64,000 nucleotides of DNA from Chiloscyllium plagiosum (GCF_004010195.1 NC_057753.1:3096648-3160647); one strand, 5' to 3'. Positions 46,600-58,926 are shown, numbered from the stretch's first letter. Notes: generated by a model from the letters alone, not told the origin. Program-made: numbers and translations.

Positions 46600-49500
46600 T
46601 TGAAGGGCGTGAGGAGGGAAGGATTTCCAGAAACAAAACTCAAGCTAAACATGAATTAGAAGATTAGAATCCCTACAGTTGGCCCTTTGGTCCAACAAGT
46701 CCACTCTCACTCTCCGAAGAGTAGCCCACCCAGACCCATTTCCCTCTGACTAATGCACCTAAAACTATGGGCAATTTAGCATGGCCAATTCACCTGACCT
46801 GCACATCTTTGGACTGTGGGAGGAAACCAGAGTACACAGAGAAAACCCACGCAGACACAGGGAGAATATGCAAACTCCACACAGACAGTCGCCAGAGGTT
46901 GGAATTGAACCCGGGTCCCTGGCATTGTGAGGCAACAGTGCTAACCACTGAGCCACCATGCCACCTGATGGTAGAGTCACTCAGCCCTGGATATCATCAA
47001 CATGGCAATGCGAAAGGAGACATCCTTAATCTCAATGTGGCAAAAGATTTCAAACATGAGCATTGCTGGAAAAATACCAAGCCACCGACATGAGTGTTAG
47101 AGCTTACTGACTATAGAAAGAGCTTTAACCATTTTTACAATCTTAAAAGCAACACAGCAGACGGAAACTACTCGTGCTGTCTGCGTGGAAATAGTTATCC
47201 ATCCAAAAGAGTTTCAAGGGCACCCACACATGGGGAAAACTTAGAAATATGAGGATTGAGGTCAAGGTTTCAGATGCCCATCTTAGCTGGGAAAAAGCTG
47301 TTTACCTGCACACTCCATCATCCCACATGCTGACACACCAGCAAGCTTACATGGACAAGAGATCCTTTACATGTCCAAACTGCAGGGAGTTCTATAAAAG
47401 CTCGGAGGTACTGATGCTTCAGCAACACATTCACTCTGATGAAAGACCCTTTATGTGCTCTCAGTGTGGAACTAGGTTCAAGTGATTATTTGATCTCACT
47501 GCACCAGCATGTTCACACTGGGGAGAGGCTGTTCTCCTGTCTGTGGGAAGAGATTTACCACCCAATTCAACCTACACACACATCAGCATCTATACTCTGA
47601 ACAAACGATACACATGCCCTGAGTGGGCAAAGGGACTCATTAAGTGAAATGATTCATTAATCTTCAGATACATTGGCAAATTCATTACAAGACTATAAGA
47701 CATAGGAGTGGAAGTAAGGCCATTCGGCCCATCAAGTCCACTCCATTCAATCATGGCTGATGGGCATTTCAACACCACTGACCCGCACTCGCCCTATATC
47801 CCTCAATTCCTTGCGAGGTTAAGAATTTATCAATTTCTGCCTTGAAGACATTTAACGTCCCGGCCTCCACTGTGCTCTGTGGCAATGAATTCCACAGGCC
47901 CACCACTCTCTGGCTGAAGAAATGTTTCCTCATTTCCGTTCTAAATGGACCCCCTCTAATTCTAAGGCTGTGCCCACGGTCCTAGTCTCCCTGCCTGACG
48001 GAAACAATTTCTCAGCATCCACCCTTTCTAAGCCATGCATTATTGTGTAAGTTTCTATTAGATGTCCCCCTCAACCTTCTAAACTCTAATGAATATAATC
48101 CCAGGATCCTCAGCTGTTCATCGTATGTTAAGCCGACCATTCCAGGGATCATCCGCGTGAATCTCCGCTGGAAACGCTCCAGTGCCAGTCTGTCCTTCCT
48201 CAGGTGTGAGGCCCAAAACTGGACACAGTATTCCAAACAGAGCCAAACTAGAGCTTTATGAGGTCTCAGTAGCACATCGCTGCTTTTACATTCCAACCCT
48301 CTTGAGATAACATTACATTTGCTTTCTTAACCACAGACCCAACCTGCAAGACAACCTTTAGAGAATCCTGGACTAGCACTTCCAGATCCCTTTGTACTTT
48401 GGCTTTATGAATTTTCTCACCGCTTAGAAAATAGTCTGTTCCTATATTCTTTTTTCCGAAGTGCAGGACCTCGCATTTGCTCACGTTGAATTTCATCAGC
48501 CATTTCCTGGACCACTCTCCTAAACTGTCTAAATCTTTCTGCAGCCTCCCCACTTCCTCAGTACTACCTGCCTGTCCACCTAACTTCGTATCATCAGCGA
48601 ACTTCGCCAGAATGCCCCCAGTCTCTTCATCCAGATCATTAATATATAAAGTGAACAGCTGCAGCCCCAACACTGAACCCTGCGGGACACCACTTTGTCA
48701 CCGGCTGCCATTCCGAAAAAGAACCTTTTATCCCAACTCTCTGCCTTCTGTCAGACAGCCAATCCTCAATCCATGCCAGTAGCTCACCTTGAACACCGTG
48801 GGCCCTCACCTTACTCAGCAGCGGGTTTCCCTGGTCTAACCAACTTGTTACCTCTTCAAAGAATTCTAACAGGTTTGTCAGGAACAACCTCCCCTTACTA
48901 AATCCATGCTGACTTGTTCTAATCTGACCCTGCACTTCCAAGAATTTAGAAATCTCATCCTTAACAATGGATTCTAGAATTTCACTTACAACCGAGGTTA
49001 GACTAATCGGCCTATAATTTTCCATCTTTTGTTTTGATCCTTTCTTTAACAAGGGGGTTACAACAGCGATTTTCCAATCATCTGGGACTTTCCCTGACTC
49101 CAGTGACTTTTGAAAGATTACAACCAATGCCTCCACTATTTCTTCAGCCACCTCCCACAGAACTCTAGGATGTAGCCCATCGAAGCCTGGAGATTTACCA
49201 ATTTTTAGCTTTTCTAGCACTTTCTCTTTTGTAATGGCTACCATACTTAACTCTGCCCCTTCACTCTCCTTAATTGTTGGGATATTACTCATGTCTTCTA
49301 GTGTGAAGACTGACACAAACATTCTTCAGCTATTTCCTTATCTCCCATCACAAGCCTTCCTGCATCAATTTGGAGTGGCCCAAATTCTATTTTTGCCTCT
49401 TGTTTATTTCTTATGTATTGAAAGAAACTTTTATTATCAATTCTAATATTACTGGCTTGCTTACCTTCATATTTGATCCTCTCCTTCCTTATTTCTCTCT

Positions 49501-51430
49501 TTCTTATCCTCTGTTTGTTTTTGTCGTCTTCCCAATCTTCTGATTTCCCAGTGCTCTTGGCCACTTTATTAGCTCTCTCTTTTTCTGTGATACATTTCCT
49601 GACTTCCTTTGTCAGCCATGGCTGTCTAATCCCACCCCCGGATAATCTTTCTTTTCTTTGGGAAGAACCTCTGTTACTGTGTCTTCAATTACACCCAAAA
49701 ACTCCTGCCATTGTTGCTCTACTGTCTTCTCCACTAAGCATTGCTTCCAGCGACTTTCGTCAGTTCCTCTCTCATACCCCTGTAATTACCCTTATTTAAC
49801 TGTAACACCATTACATCTGATGTTGCCTTCTCTCTTTCAAACTGCAGACTGAACTCTACCATATTATGGCCGCTGCCTCCTAAGTGTTCCCTTACTTTAA
49901 GCTCGTTTATAAAGTCTGGCTCATTACATAGCACTAAGTCCAGAATAGCCTGCTCCATCATAAGCTGTTCCAAAAAGCCATCTTGCAAGACTTGCATGAA
50001 TTCCCTTTCTTTGGATCCACCGGCAACATTACTCACACAGTCCACTTGCATATTGAAGTCCTCCATGATCACCGTGACTGTGTCTTTCTGACATGCTCTA
50101 TCTATTTCCTGGTACATCGTGTGGCCCTGGTCCTCGGAGGTCTGCACACAAGTCCCATTGTGATTTTTTTGCCTTCGAGGCTCCTCAACTCCACCCATCT
50201 GACCCTCTGTCATTTAGTGCCATAGATTAATTTCATTCTTAACTAACAAGGCAACCATGCCCCCTCTGCCCACCTCCCTGTCTTTTCGATGTTGTAAATC
50301 CTTGGATGTTTAACTGCCAGTCCTGAACCCCCTGCAACCACATCATAATCATTCACAATGATTTGTGCCGTTAATTCATCTGCTTTGCTCTGAATACTAT
50401 GAGCATTCAGGTAAAGCACCTTAATGCTAATTTTCTTATCCTCATGATTTCCATCACCTCTAGTAGTATGTCCTCAGTTATCCTTCCTTTTTGTTTCATT
50501 CCTAGACTGCCTTGAACTGAAACCCTGCTCACATGCTAACCTGCTGCTTATCTTTCTACCTGATTCCATACTCTCTGTTGCTCTCCCTTTCCCTTCCCAC
50601 CGACTCACAAGTTTAAAGTCCTAGTGACCACCCTATTGACCCTTTTCACCAGAACGCTGGTTCCAGATCGGTTCAGGTGGAGGCCGTCCCATCACTACAG
50701 ATCTCCCTAGTTCCAAAACTGATGCCAATGTCCCATGAAATGGAATCCCTCCTTCTCACACCAATCTCTTAGCCACGTGTTTACTTCCCTAATTCTCTGT
50801 TCCCTATGCCAATTAGCACGTGGCTCAGCAGTAATCCAGAGATTGTGACCCTCGAGGACCTGTTCTTCGATTTTGTTCCTAGCGCTTGATAATCCCTAAA
50901 CAGATAATCCCACAACAACTGGATCCTCTCCCTCCTGCTCCAATATCCTTTCGAGCCGGTCGGAGATGTCCTACATCCTGGCACCGGGCAGGCAACACAC
51001 CATGAGGGACTCCCGATCCGGCTCACAAAGGAATACTATCTGTCCCCCTAATTATAGAATCCCCTACAACAACAACTTGTCTGTTTGCTCCCCTGTTGAA
51101 TGGCCTTCTGCACCATGGTGCCGTGGTCAGCTGGCTCATCCTCCCCACAGCCCTTTCCCTCATCCATACGGGAAGCAAGAATCTCATATCTGTTAGACAA
51201 GGTCAAGGGCTGAGGCTCCTCCACTCCTGAACTCAGAATCCCCCTACCTGCCTCACTTACAGTCACACCCTGTTGTTCCTGGTTGTGGTGTGAGGGCGTT
51301 CACCTGCTCGAACTGAAGGAAGGGATTCACTTGCTTGTTCCACTTGCTGAGTTACCAGCGAGTTCACAAATGACTACGTCAGCTTATTTTTTGTTAATCA
51401 CAATCCAGACTGAACCATGTTCATTGGGCT
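46600..51430 (+). pseudogene. C2H2 zinc-finger pseudogene split by an HE1 SINE (46660-46963, minus) and a 3.6-kb CR1
   Basis: Pre-finger block gaaggatttccagaaacaaaactcaagc; CPNCREFYKSSEVLMLQQHIHSDERPFMCSQCGTRFK*; HWQIH near 47680 resumes as GVRAFTCSN*RKGFTCLFHLLSYQRVHK* at ~51288-51373; family 3' motif. Confidence 0.8.
47689..51280 (-). mobile_element. CR1 LINE, 5'-truncated within ORF1 (SGNH esterase), with decayed ORF2 (APE and RT)
   Basis: LSNRYEIL, VVGDSIIRG, VCCLPGAR (ORF1); MEDFN, ILDLVLCN, SGHNMVEF (endonuclease); KSPGFDGLHPRVL, NYRPISLTSVV, QHGFSKGR, KFADDTKLGG (RT). Confidence 0.9.
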
Positions 51431-52415
51431 CTCCTGCTAGTATTAATGAGGTTCAGCCCAATTTTACTGCCTAATATGCAGATGACAGTCAAACGAAATG
51501 TTTTGCTCTTTTTAGATACTGAACACAAGTTCATTACCTTTGAAGGGCTCTCTCCCCCTTCCCTTCCTCCTCCATTGCATCTCCACCAAAGAGCACTATG
51601 TCAGGAGCTCATGCAGTTCCTTTATCACTAAAATGCAAACCATCAAATCAGCTCCCTCTTCTGCTTCCCTTTCCCTCACTGGGCCAAACTGTCTAAATTT
51701 CCTTGTCGGAGCCCTAAGCTTGGACCATTCTTCAGTGTTTCTCTGATCTCCCTTGATGGACTCTCAGAGCTCACCATATCCACAAGTCTAACATCTGTGA
51801 GATCAAAACCACTCACTGAATTTTCAGCGGTCAGTATCCCATGCCGTAAATGGCGAAGTTTCCAGGAACAGTCACTCTCTCCTTTAAACTGCCATCATCA
51901 CCAGTCTTTAAACAAAATCTGTTCAACTCTTCTTTGCAAACAACTGTCTCATCTCCAACCTCCCTTTTTGTTTCCTTGAGAAATGTTTCGCCTGTAAAAT
52001 CTATGCACCTCCTTTCCAGAACTCCACGTCTGAATGCATCCAAGCAGTTTTCAGTCCCTGCCGCTGTACCCAAGCGTCTGTTATCAAAAGCACAAATTAC
52101 ATCCTCCGGGACGATTCAGCCAAAAGGCTGGCCACAGCATTACTCCCCCGTTCTGACAAACAGACATGTGGGACGCAAAATATTAGCAGTTTCTCTTTCC
52201 ACACATGCTGAGTTTCTGCACCACTCTCTGCACTTCTTTCAGATTTCCAGCAGCCACAGTATTTTGCTTTCAATCATTCCAACATCTCGCCAGTGTCATC
52301 CAACCAAGTGGGCTGCTCTCTCCTGCTCCCATTCTTCTCTGCCTGATCGTAACACTGGCAATGTCTTCCCTTCCCCCTCAGTTTCCTCTGGTGTCCCTTC
52401 TTATTTGTTAACAGA

Positions 52416-52640
52416 ACACAGGATGGACATAGGACAGATGTCAGAGGTAGTTTCTTTACTCAGAGAGTAGTAGGGGCATGGAACTTACTGCCTGCAACAG
52501 GATTGGACTCGCCAACTTTACGGGCACTTAAATGGTCATTGGATAGACATCTGGATGAAAATGAAATAGTGTAGGATAGATGGGCTTCAGACTGGATTCA
52601 CAGGGCAGCCCAACATCGAGGGCCGAAGGGCCTGGACTGA
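52416..52640 (+). mobile_element. CR1-clade 3' tail
   Basis: FFTQRVVGAWNLLP, TLRALKWSLDRH; tail atgttttatgttcta. Confidence 0.75.
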
Positions 52641-53015
52641 GCTGTTATGTTTTATGTTCTAACACAGAACTGCACAGCACAGGAATGGGCTCTTCAGCCC
52701 ACGATGTTGTGCTGAACATGATGCCAAATTAAACTAATCCCTTCTGCCTGTATTGTCCATCTCCCTCCATTTCTTGCATATTTATGTGCTTATTTAAAAG
52801 TTCCTCGAGTTCAGCAGAGATTTAGAACATAGAAAAGTACAGCACGGGGTTCCAAGATGGCAGCGACCCAGCAAGTCTGAGTCTACAGTGCTCCTCCTAA
52901 GACTTGGGCAAAGTGGGTCACTCACCCCCAACATACTCACCAAATCATTTAAAATAGCTGTTTAATCTAATTAGTTGTTTAGTATTGAATTTAAACAATT
53001 TAATCTTCAGTATAT

Positions 53016-53861
53016 ATGACTAAAGGGAAGGGAGCCCGCAGCTCTCAGCAAGCAGGAACCCCTCCCCCACCCTCTCCAGCTGCAGCAGAGGCGTCCGCAG
53101 CCGCCCCGGGGGATTTAACTACGGTGGCGAGCCTCGTGGAAATCATCTCCAAACTGGATACGAAGATCGACGCTTTTATTGAAGAATCCCGAAGTCAATG
53201 GGACTCACTCTCGGCCGCGCTGCAAAAGCACGACCAAGACATTAAGGAAACCGAGCGCCGAGTCGGAGGGGCAGAGCTAAAGGCCGCAACCTCCGAGACT
53301 ACAGCGCAATCGGCCGTGGATCAGGTCCAGACTCTCGAACAGTGAGTCCGGACCTGAGAGAACCACACTGATGACCTCGATAATCGAGGTCGTCGAAAAC
53401 ATATTAATTTGCTGGGCCTTCCCGAACGGGAAGAAGGCGGCCAGCTTACAGCGTTTCTTGAACAGTGGCTGCCACAGCTTTTAAATCTGGAGGCTGGATC
53501 AGGCCAGGTAAGGGTGGAATGGGCAATATGCGGGCCTGGCTCGAACCAGCGTCGTCGCCCGGTCCTGTTCCGGCGGGAGACCTAGAAGGAGAGGCAGATA
53601 CTCCTATAAGCCTCTAGAAATCTTGGAAAAAATCCCCAAGCCATGATCCATAAAGGTTCCAAGATCATGTTATTCCAAGACTTTTCCCCAGCTCTGGTCC
53701 GAAAGAGGAAGGCATTCAATGAGGCGAAGAAGTATTTAAGGGACTTAACTATTCAGTACTCCTTACGCTACCCAGCGACGCTACGCTTTAACCATGAAGG
53801 AACCGTGTATAACTTCGGATCGCCGGAAAAGGCTAAGGAATTTTTGGACCCTCTTACATAA
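53016..53861 (+). pseudogene. L1 ORF1p (coiled coil, RRM, CTD), disrupted
   Basis: Heptad region, then DDLDNRGRRKHINLLGLPE; FQDFSPALVRKRKAF, YSLRYPATLRF; in-frame stop at 53343 and others. Confidence 0.9.
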
Positions 53862-54574
53862 GTTGTAAGAGATAATTTGATGTTGGTTTGCCTTCCCCCC
53901 CTTTTTCTTTTTTTAACCTTACTGTTTAATATTATCTTGGGGGGTGGGGAGAGGGATTTATTTATTTGTTCTGTACTTAACGATTTTCTCCCCCCCCCCT
54001 TGGTTTTTTTATTATTCTCTCTCNNNNNNNNNNNNNNNNNNNNNNNNNNNNNNNNNNNNNNNNNNNNNNNNNNNNNGTGGTTACCTTATTCTATTTTACC
54101 TCTGTCTCTAGGAGCGGGGTTGTTTTCCCTTGTTATTTTGTATTATTATATTTAATTATTACTCGTTGAGGTTGTAATTTTATAGTTATATATGTTTATA
54201 CATGGTATTAACATTACCAAATATATCCAGGTGTTGGTGTGGGTGGGGGTAGGGGTAGGGTGCTCACTGTTAACTCTAGCTCTGTAGTATATTTGAATTC
54301 ACCTCATCCTATTGAGGAGCGCCTGGGTCAAGGGTGGGGCACTGGTTGGGAGAGGATAGGATGGACCTTTGGAAAGGAAGTGATACCCCCTGGGAACAAG
54401 GGGGAAAATCTCCATTTAAATACGTTTTATTTTTTTTTATTTAGAAATAGTTTTTTATTAAACTGTTGTGAGTGTATTAGAGCCTTTATTTTTGTGAATT
54501 TTATATGCTCTACGCTCGGGATGTTCTGGATAGGGTTCCCCCTCCCGAGGGGTCTCGGATTTGCCCGGACGATT

Positions 54575-57500
54575 ATGGTTGATCAGTCGGGTAAGTGCTG
54601 CATCTGGAATGTCAAGGGGAGTAATTCGCCAGTCAAAAGGAAGAAAATATTATCAAATCTTAAGAAAGAAAGGGTTGATATAGCTCTCCTACAGGAGACA
54701 CACCTGTTGGATAAAGAACACTTGGAATTGCGACAGGGTGGATTTGATCAGGCCTTTTTTTCTTCTTTTAGCTGAAAAAGCAGGGGAGTTGTTATTCTTA
54801 TTCGGAAGAATTTCCCTTTCAAAATCCTAAATCAGATAAAAGACGAATCTGGACGATATATTCTGATTAAAGCCCTTATAAATGGAGAGGAATATGGGAT
54901 TTTAAATTTGTATTGCCTCCTGGCACATCCTTTTAAATTTATAACGGAAGCCTTCTCAAAATTGATGACTTTTGGTGCCAGTCATACAATTATAGGGGGA
55001 GACTTTAATTGGATTATGGATCCAGAAATAGATAGGATTCCCAAGAGTACTGCAGGGGTATCTCCCAGATCTAGGCAATTGGTGGATCTGAATAAAGAGT
55101 TAGGATTAGTAGATGTATGGTGATGTCTTCATCCACAGGGCAGAGAGTTTTCTTTTTACTCCAATCCACATAAATGTCATACCAGAATTGATGTGTGTTT
55201 TGCCCCCTTGATTTTTTAAAATTCCATATCATCCTGTAAAATAGGTAGTATAGCAATTTCTGACCACGCTGCTGTATATATGGAAATCAAGGCGAGGAAC
55301 AATGGGACATCTCCTCGGCATTGGCGTATGGACCCCTTCCTGATGAAAGATAGTAAATTTGTAAAGTACTTCTCTCAAGAATTTAAAACTTTTTTAGAAA
55401 TTAATTTAGGTACGGCTAGCAACCCATCAATGATGTGGGAGACCATCAAAGCTTACGCGCGAGGTTTGATCATCTCCTACTCAGCGACCCAGAAAAAATT
55501 AAAGGGAGAACAACAGCATCTGCTCGAAGCTCGCTTAAAAGCAGCTGAAACAGCATACACTGATAGACCTTCTACTATTAAATTGCAAAGGATTACGGCT
55601 CTTAGGACAGCTCTAAACACTACGCTTACCCAAACGGCTAAGAGGGAAAGATTATTTACAAAACAAAGGTTATATGAATTTGGCGACAAACCAGGTAGAT
55701 ACTTAGCATTTCTTACAAAGAAAAAAAAAGGCCCCAAACTATCACGTCTATCAAGGAAAGTACGGGTATTTTGACTCATGATCATAAAAAGATTAATGCA
55801 ATCTTTAGAAAATTTTATTCTGATTTATATAAATCGCAGGATTGTGAAGACAGGACTAGGAGGATGCAATCATTTTTTAAAAANNNNNNNNNNNNNNNNN
55901 NNNNNNNNNNNNNNNNNNNNNNNNNNNNNNNNNNNNNNNNNNNNNNNNNNNNNNNNNNNNNNNNNNNNNNNNNNNNNNNNNNNNNNNNNNNNNNNNNNNN
56001 NNNNNNNNNNNNNNNNNNNNNNNNNNNNNNNNNNNNNNNNNNNNNNNNNNNNNNNNNNNNNNNNNNNNNNNNNNNNNNNNNNNNNNNNNNNNNNNNNNNN
56101 NNNNNNNNNNNNNNNNNNNNNNNNNNNNNNNNNNNNNNNNNNNNNNNNNNNNNNNNNNNNNNNNNNNNNNNNNNNNNNNNNNNNNNNNNNNNNNNNNNNN
56201 NNNNNNNNNNNNNNNNNNNNNNNNNNNNNNNNNNNNNNNNNNNNNNNNNNNNNNNNNNNNNNNNNNNNNNNNNNNNNNNNNNNNNNNNNNNNNNNNNNNN
56301 NNNNNNNNNNNNNNNNNNNNNNNNNNNNNNNNNNNNNNNNNNNNNNNNNNNNNNNNNNNNNNNNNNNNNNNNNNNNNNNNNNNNNNNNNNNNNNNNNNNN
56401 NNNNNNNNNNNNNNNNNNNNNNNNNNNNNNNNNNNNNNNNNNNNNNNNNNNNNNNNNNNNNNNNNNNNNNNNNNNNNNNNNNNNNNNNNNNNNNNNNNNN
56501 NNNNNNNNNNNNNNNNNNNNNNNNNNNNNNNNNNNNNNNNNNNNNNNNNNNNNNNNNNNNNNNNNNNNNNNNNNNNNNNNNNNNNNNNNNNNNNNNNNNN
56601 NNNNNNNNNNNNNNNNNNNNNNNNNNNNNNNNNNNNNNNNNNNNNNNNNNNNNNNNNNNNNNNNNNNNNNNNNNNNNNNNNNNNNNNNNNNNNNNNNNNN
56701 NNNNNNNNNNNNNNNNNNNNNNNNNNNNNNNNNNNATAGCTTCAGTGTGGGTAGTGGCTGCCGTCAGGGATGTCCCCTCTCGCCATTGTTATTCACGCTA
56801 ATAATTGAACCACTAGCAGATGCTATACGAGCTGATCCTAATATAGTGGCCCCAAGGATTGGTACAGGTAAACATAAAATTACCCTTTATGCAGATGATG
56901 TTCTTCTATTCCTCAGTAACCCTTTGATGTCCATACCTCGCTTAATCCAAGTTATTAATACATTTAGTGCATTCTCAGGCTATAAAATTAATTTTTCAAA
57001 ATCGGAGGCTATGCCAATGGGTGGCCTTGCTGTGATACCCCGCTTAGCGGACGGTTCCCTTTTTCCCTTTCGCTGGTCCCTGGGGGGTTTCTTATATTTA
57101 GGCATTTTTATTACTCCAGTATTTGGTCAGTTGTATAAGGCTAATTTTGTGTATTTATTGGAAAGGATAAGGCAGGACCTCCAGCGGTGGGGAGACCTGC
57201 CAATTTCCTGGTTGGGTAGAATAGCATTAATCAAAATGAATATCCTGCCCCGTCTCCTATATCCTATGAGAATGCTTCCGGTGATGCTGCCGAGGACAGC
57301 TTTATGTAAATTATACGGCTGGCTGAGTTCCTTTATCTGGAACCATAGGCGGCCCCTCATTAAGCTGAAGAAGCTACAGCTTCCACAGGCAAGGGGTGGA
57401 TTGGATTTCCCAGATTTTAGGAAATATCAATTAAGTTCCCTATTAAGTTATATAGCTGATTGGGTCTTGTCTGATCCACATTCAATCTGGTTGGACATCG

Positions 57501-58590
57501 AGGCTTGTCAAGTAAAATACCCACTTATTAACCTTTTATTCTCAGACAAGAGGAAAATCATTACAGATCACTGTAAAAACCCTATAATACTAAACACAAT
57601 TAAGGCTTGGAATATAATGCGGCAAAATGAGGGTAATTCACATAAAACATCCCCCTATGCACCGATAGTGGGAGCATGGGGATTCCAACCGGGGTTAACA
57701 GATGCCACTTTTAAACTCTGGAGATCCAGGGGTATCTCATGTCTAGGGGATCTATTTAAAAATGGGGTCCTGATGTCTTTCGGATAGCTGCGTCAGAAAT
57801 TCGGATTACCCAATGGAGACCTCTTTCGATTCTTCCAAATTCGAGATTTTATACAGAAGACTACGTTATTAGATAGTCTTTATAAATCCGATAGAGAATG
57901 TAGTGTCCTACGACCAGTGGGGGTATCTTCCGTCAGTAATATTTATCATTTGCTACATGATGAAGTATCGGGAGATATGGATAATCTGCTTAAAACATGG
58001 GATCAGGATTTGGGACTGGAAATCTCTATAGAAATGTAGAATGACATTTGGGAAAATGCCAGAAAAATTTCCATCTGCAACAGAACTCAGGCCATTCAGT
58101 TGAAGATACTTCATAGGGCCCATATAGCACCGGTTCGATTGGCAAAATTTAAGGCAGGAGCATCTCCAATGTGTCCCAAATGTAAAATAGAGGTGGGCAC
58201 TCTTGTACATTGCCTATGGACCTGTCATAAGATCCGTAGATATTGGACTAAAGTAGCAAGTGCTCTGACAGAAATCTTAGGAACGGAAATTAGAGTGGAC
58301 CCTGTATCTCTCCTTTTGGGCTTTTCGAACTTACCCTCCCTGGATATGTACGGGAAGAGATTATTTTCTATTCTCTCTTTCTGTGCAAGGAAAAATATTT
58401 TGGTAAACTGGGTGGCTGAGGGCCCCCCGGACTTTCAAATTGGCACAGGTTAATTATGGAATGTATTCCCCTTGACTTCCTTACAAATATGGTGCACCAA
58501 AAGGCCGAATTATTTCATAAAATATGGCAGCCCTTCTTGAATTACATAAATACAGATATTTCGGCTAACCTAACAAGGGCTTTTATTTAA
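54575..58590 (+). pseudogene. L1 ORF2p (APE endonuclease, RT, CCHC), disrupted
   Basis: WNVKG, ALLQETHL, IIGGDFN, ISDH, GCRQGCPLSPLLF, LYADD, GYKINFSKS, CPKC...HCLWTC; stops at 54773, 55121, 57785 and 58037 plus frameshifts; N gap 55884-56735. Confidence 0.92.
55884..56735. other. Assembly gap (N run); smaller gaps at 29782-29815 and 54024-54076
   Basis: N characters. Confidence 1.
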
Positions 58591-58926
58591 TTGAGATTGC
58601 GAACCTGGCTAGTCCAGGGCCCCTTGGGAGAGGAATCCCGCATGAATACGGGTTTTGTTACATTTGATGTTAACACATTCCGAGCATGTATCTCACTACC
58701 CAATTTCTGTATTATCCGTTGTTTTTTTTTCTTTCTCTTAGTTGAATAATGTAAGAGACTTAATTATACACTCTGGTTTTTCTGTTGTTAAATTTTGGTT
58801 ATTATTTATTTAAGATTTAATTGTATATCAATGTTCGTACTTGAGAGTTTTGCTTATTTTTATAAACTTGTAAAAATGTTAAATTTCCAATAAAAATATC
58901 TATAAAAAAAAAGAAAAGTACAGCAC

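Larger units (their letters stand above)
52846..58911 (+). mobile_element. Full-length L1-clade LINE (inactive)
   Basis: 15-bp TSD agaaaagtacagcac at 52831-52845 and 58912-58926; 5' GGGG and YY1 motif ccaagatggc 52852-52861; ORF1, long inter-ORF spacer, ORF2; AATAAA at 58889 and short A tail. Confidence 0.95.

Noticed and set aside
12000..46700. KRAB, SCAN or BTB effector exon for the ZNF genes
   Set aside because: No such motif seen in any listed ORF or intronic unique sequence; a short divergent exon could be missed without an HMM search
1549..46963. tRNA-like sequences with A and B boxes
   Set aside because: Each continues into a V domain and LINE-derived tail and lacks a full cloverleaf; these are SINE heads, not tRNA genes
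1697..47093. Recurrent short ORFs such as MAQWLALLPH..., CGRKPEHPEETH... and WKSAAGQAASREQENRRF
   Set aside because: Incidental translations of SINEs and Penelope termini, not a protein family
55771..57787. 322-aa and 669-aa ORFs
   Set aside because: Length inflated by the N gap; they are pieces of the disrupted L1 ORF2
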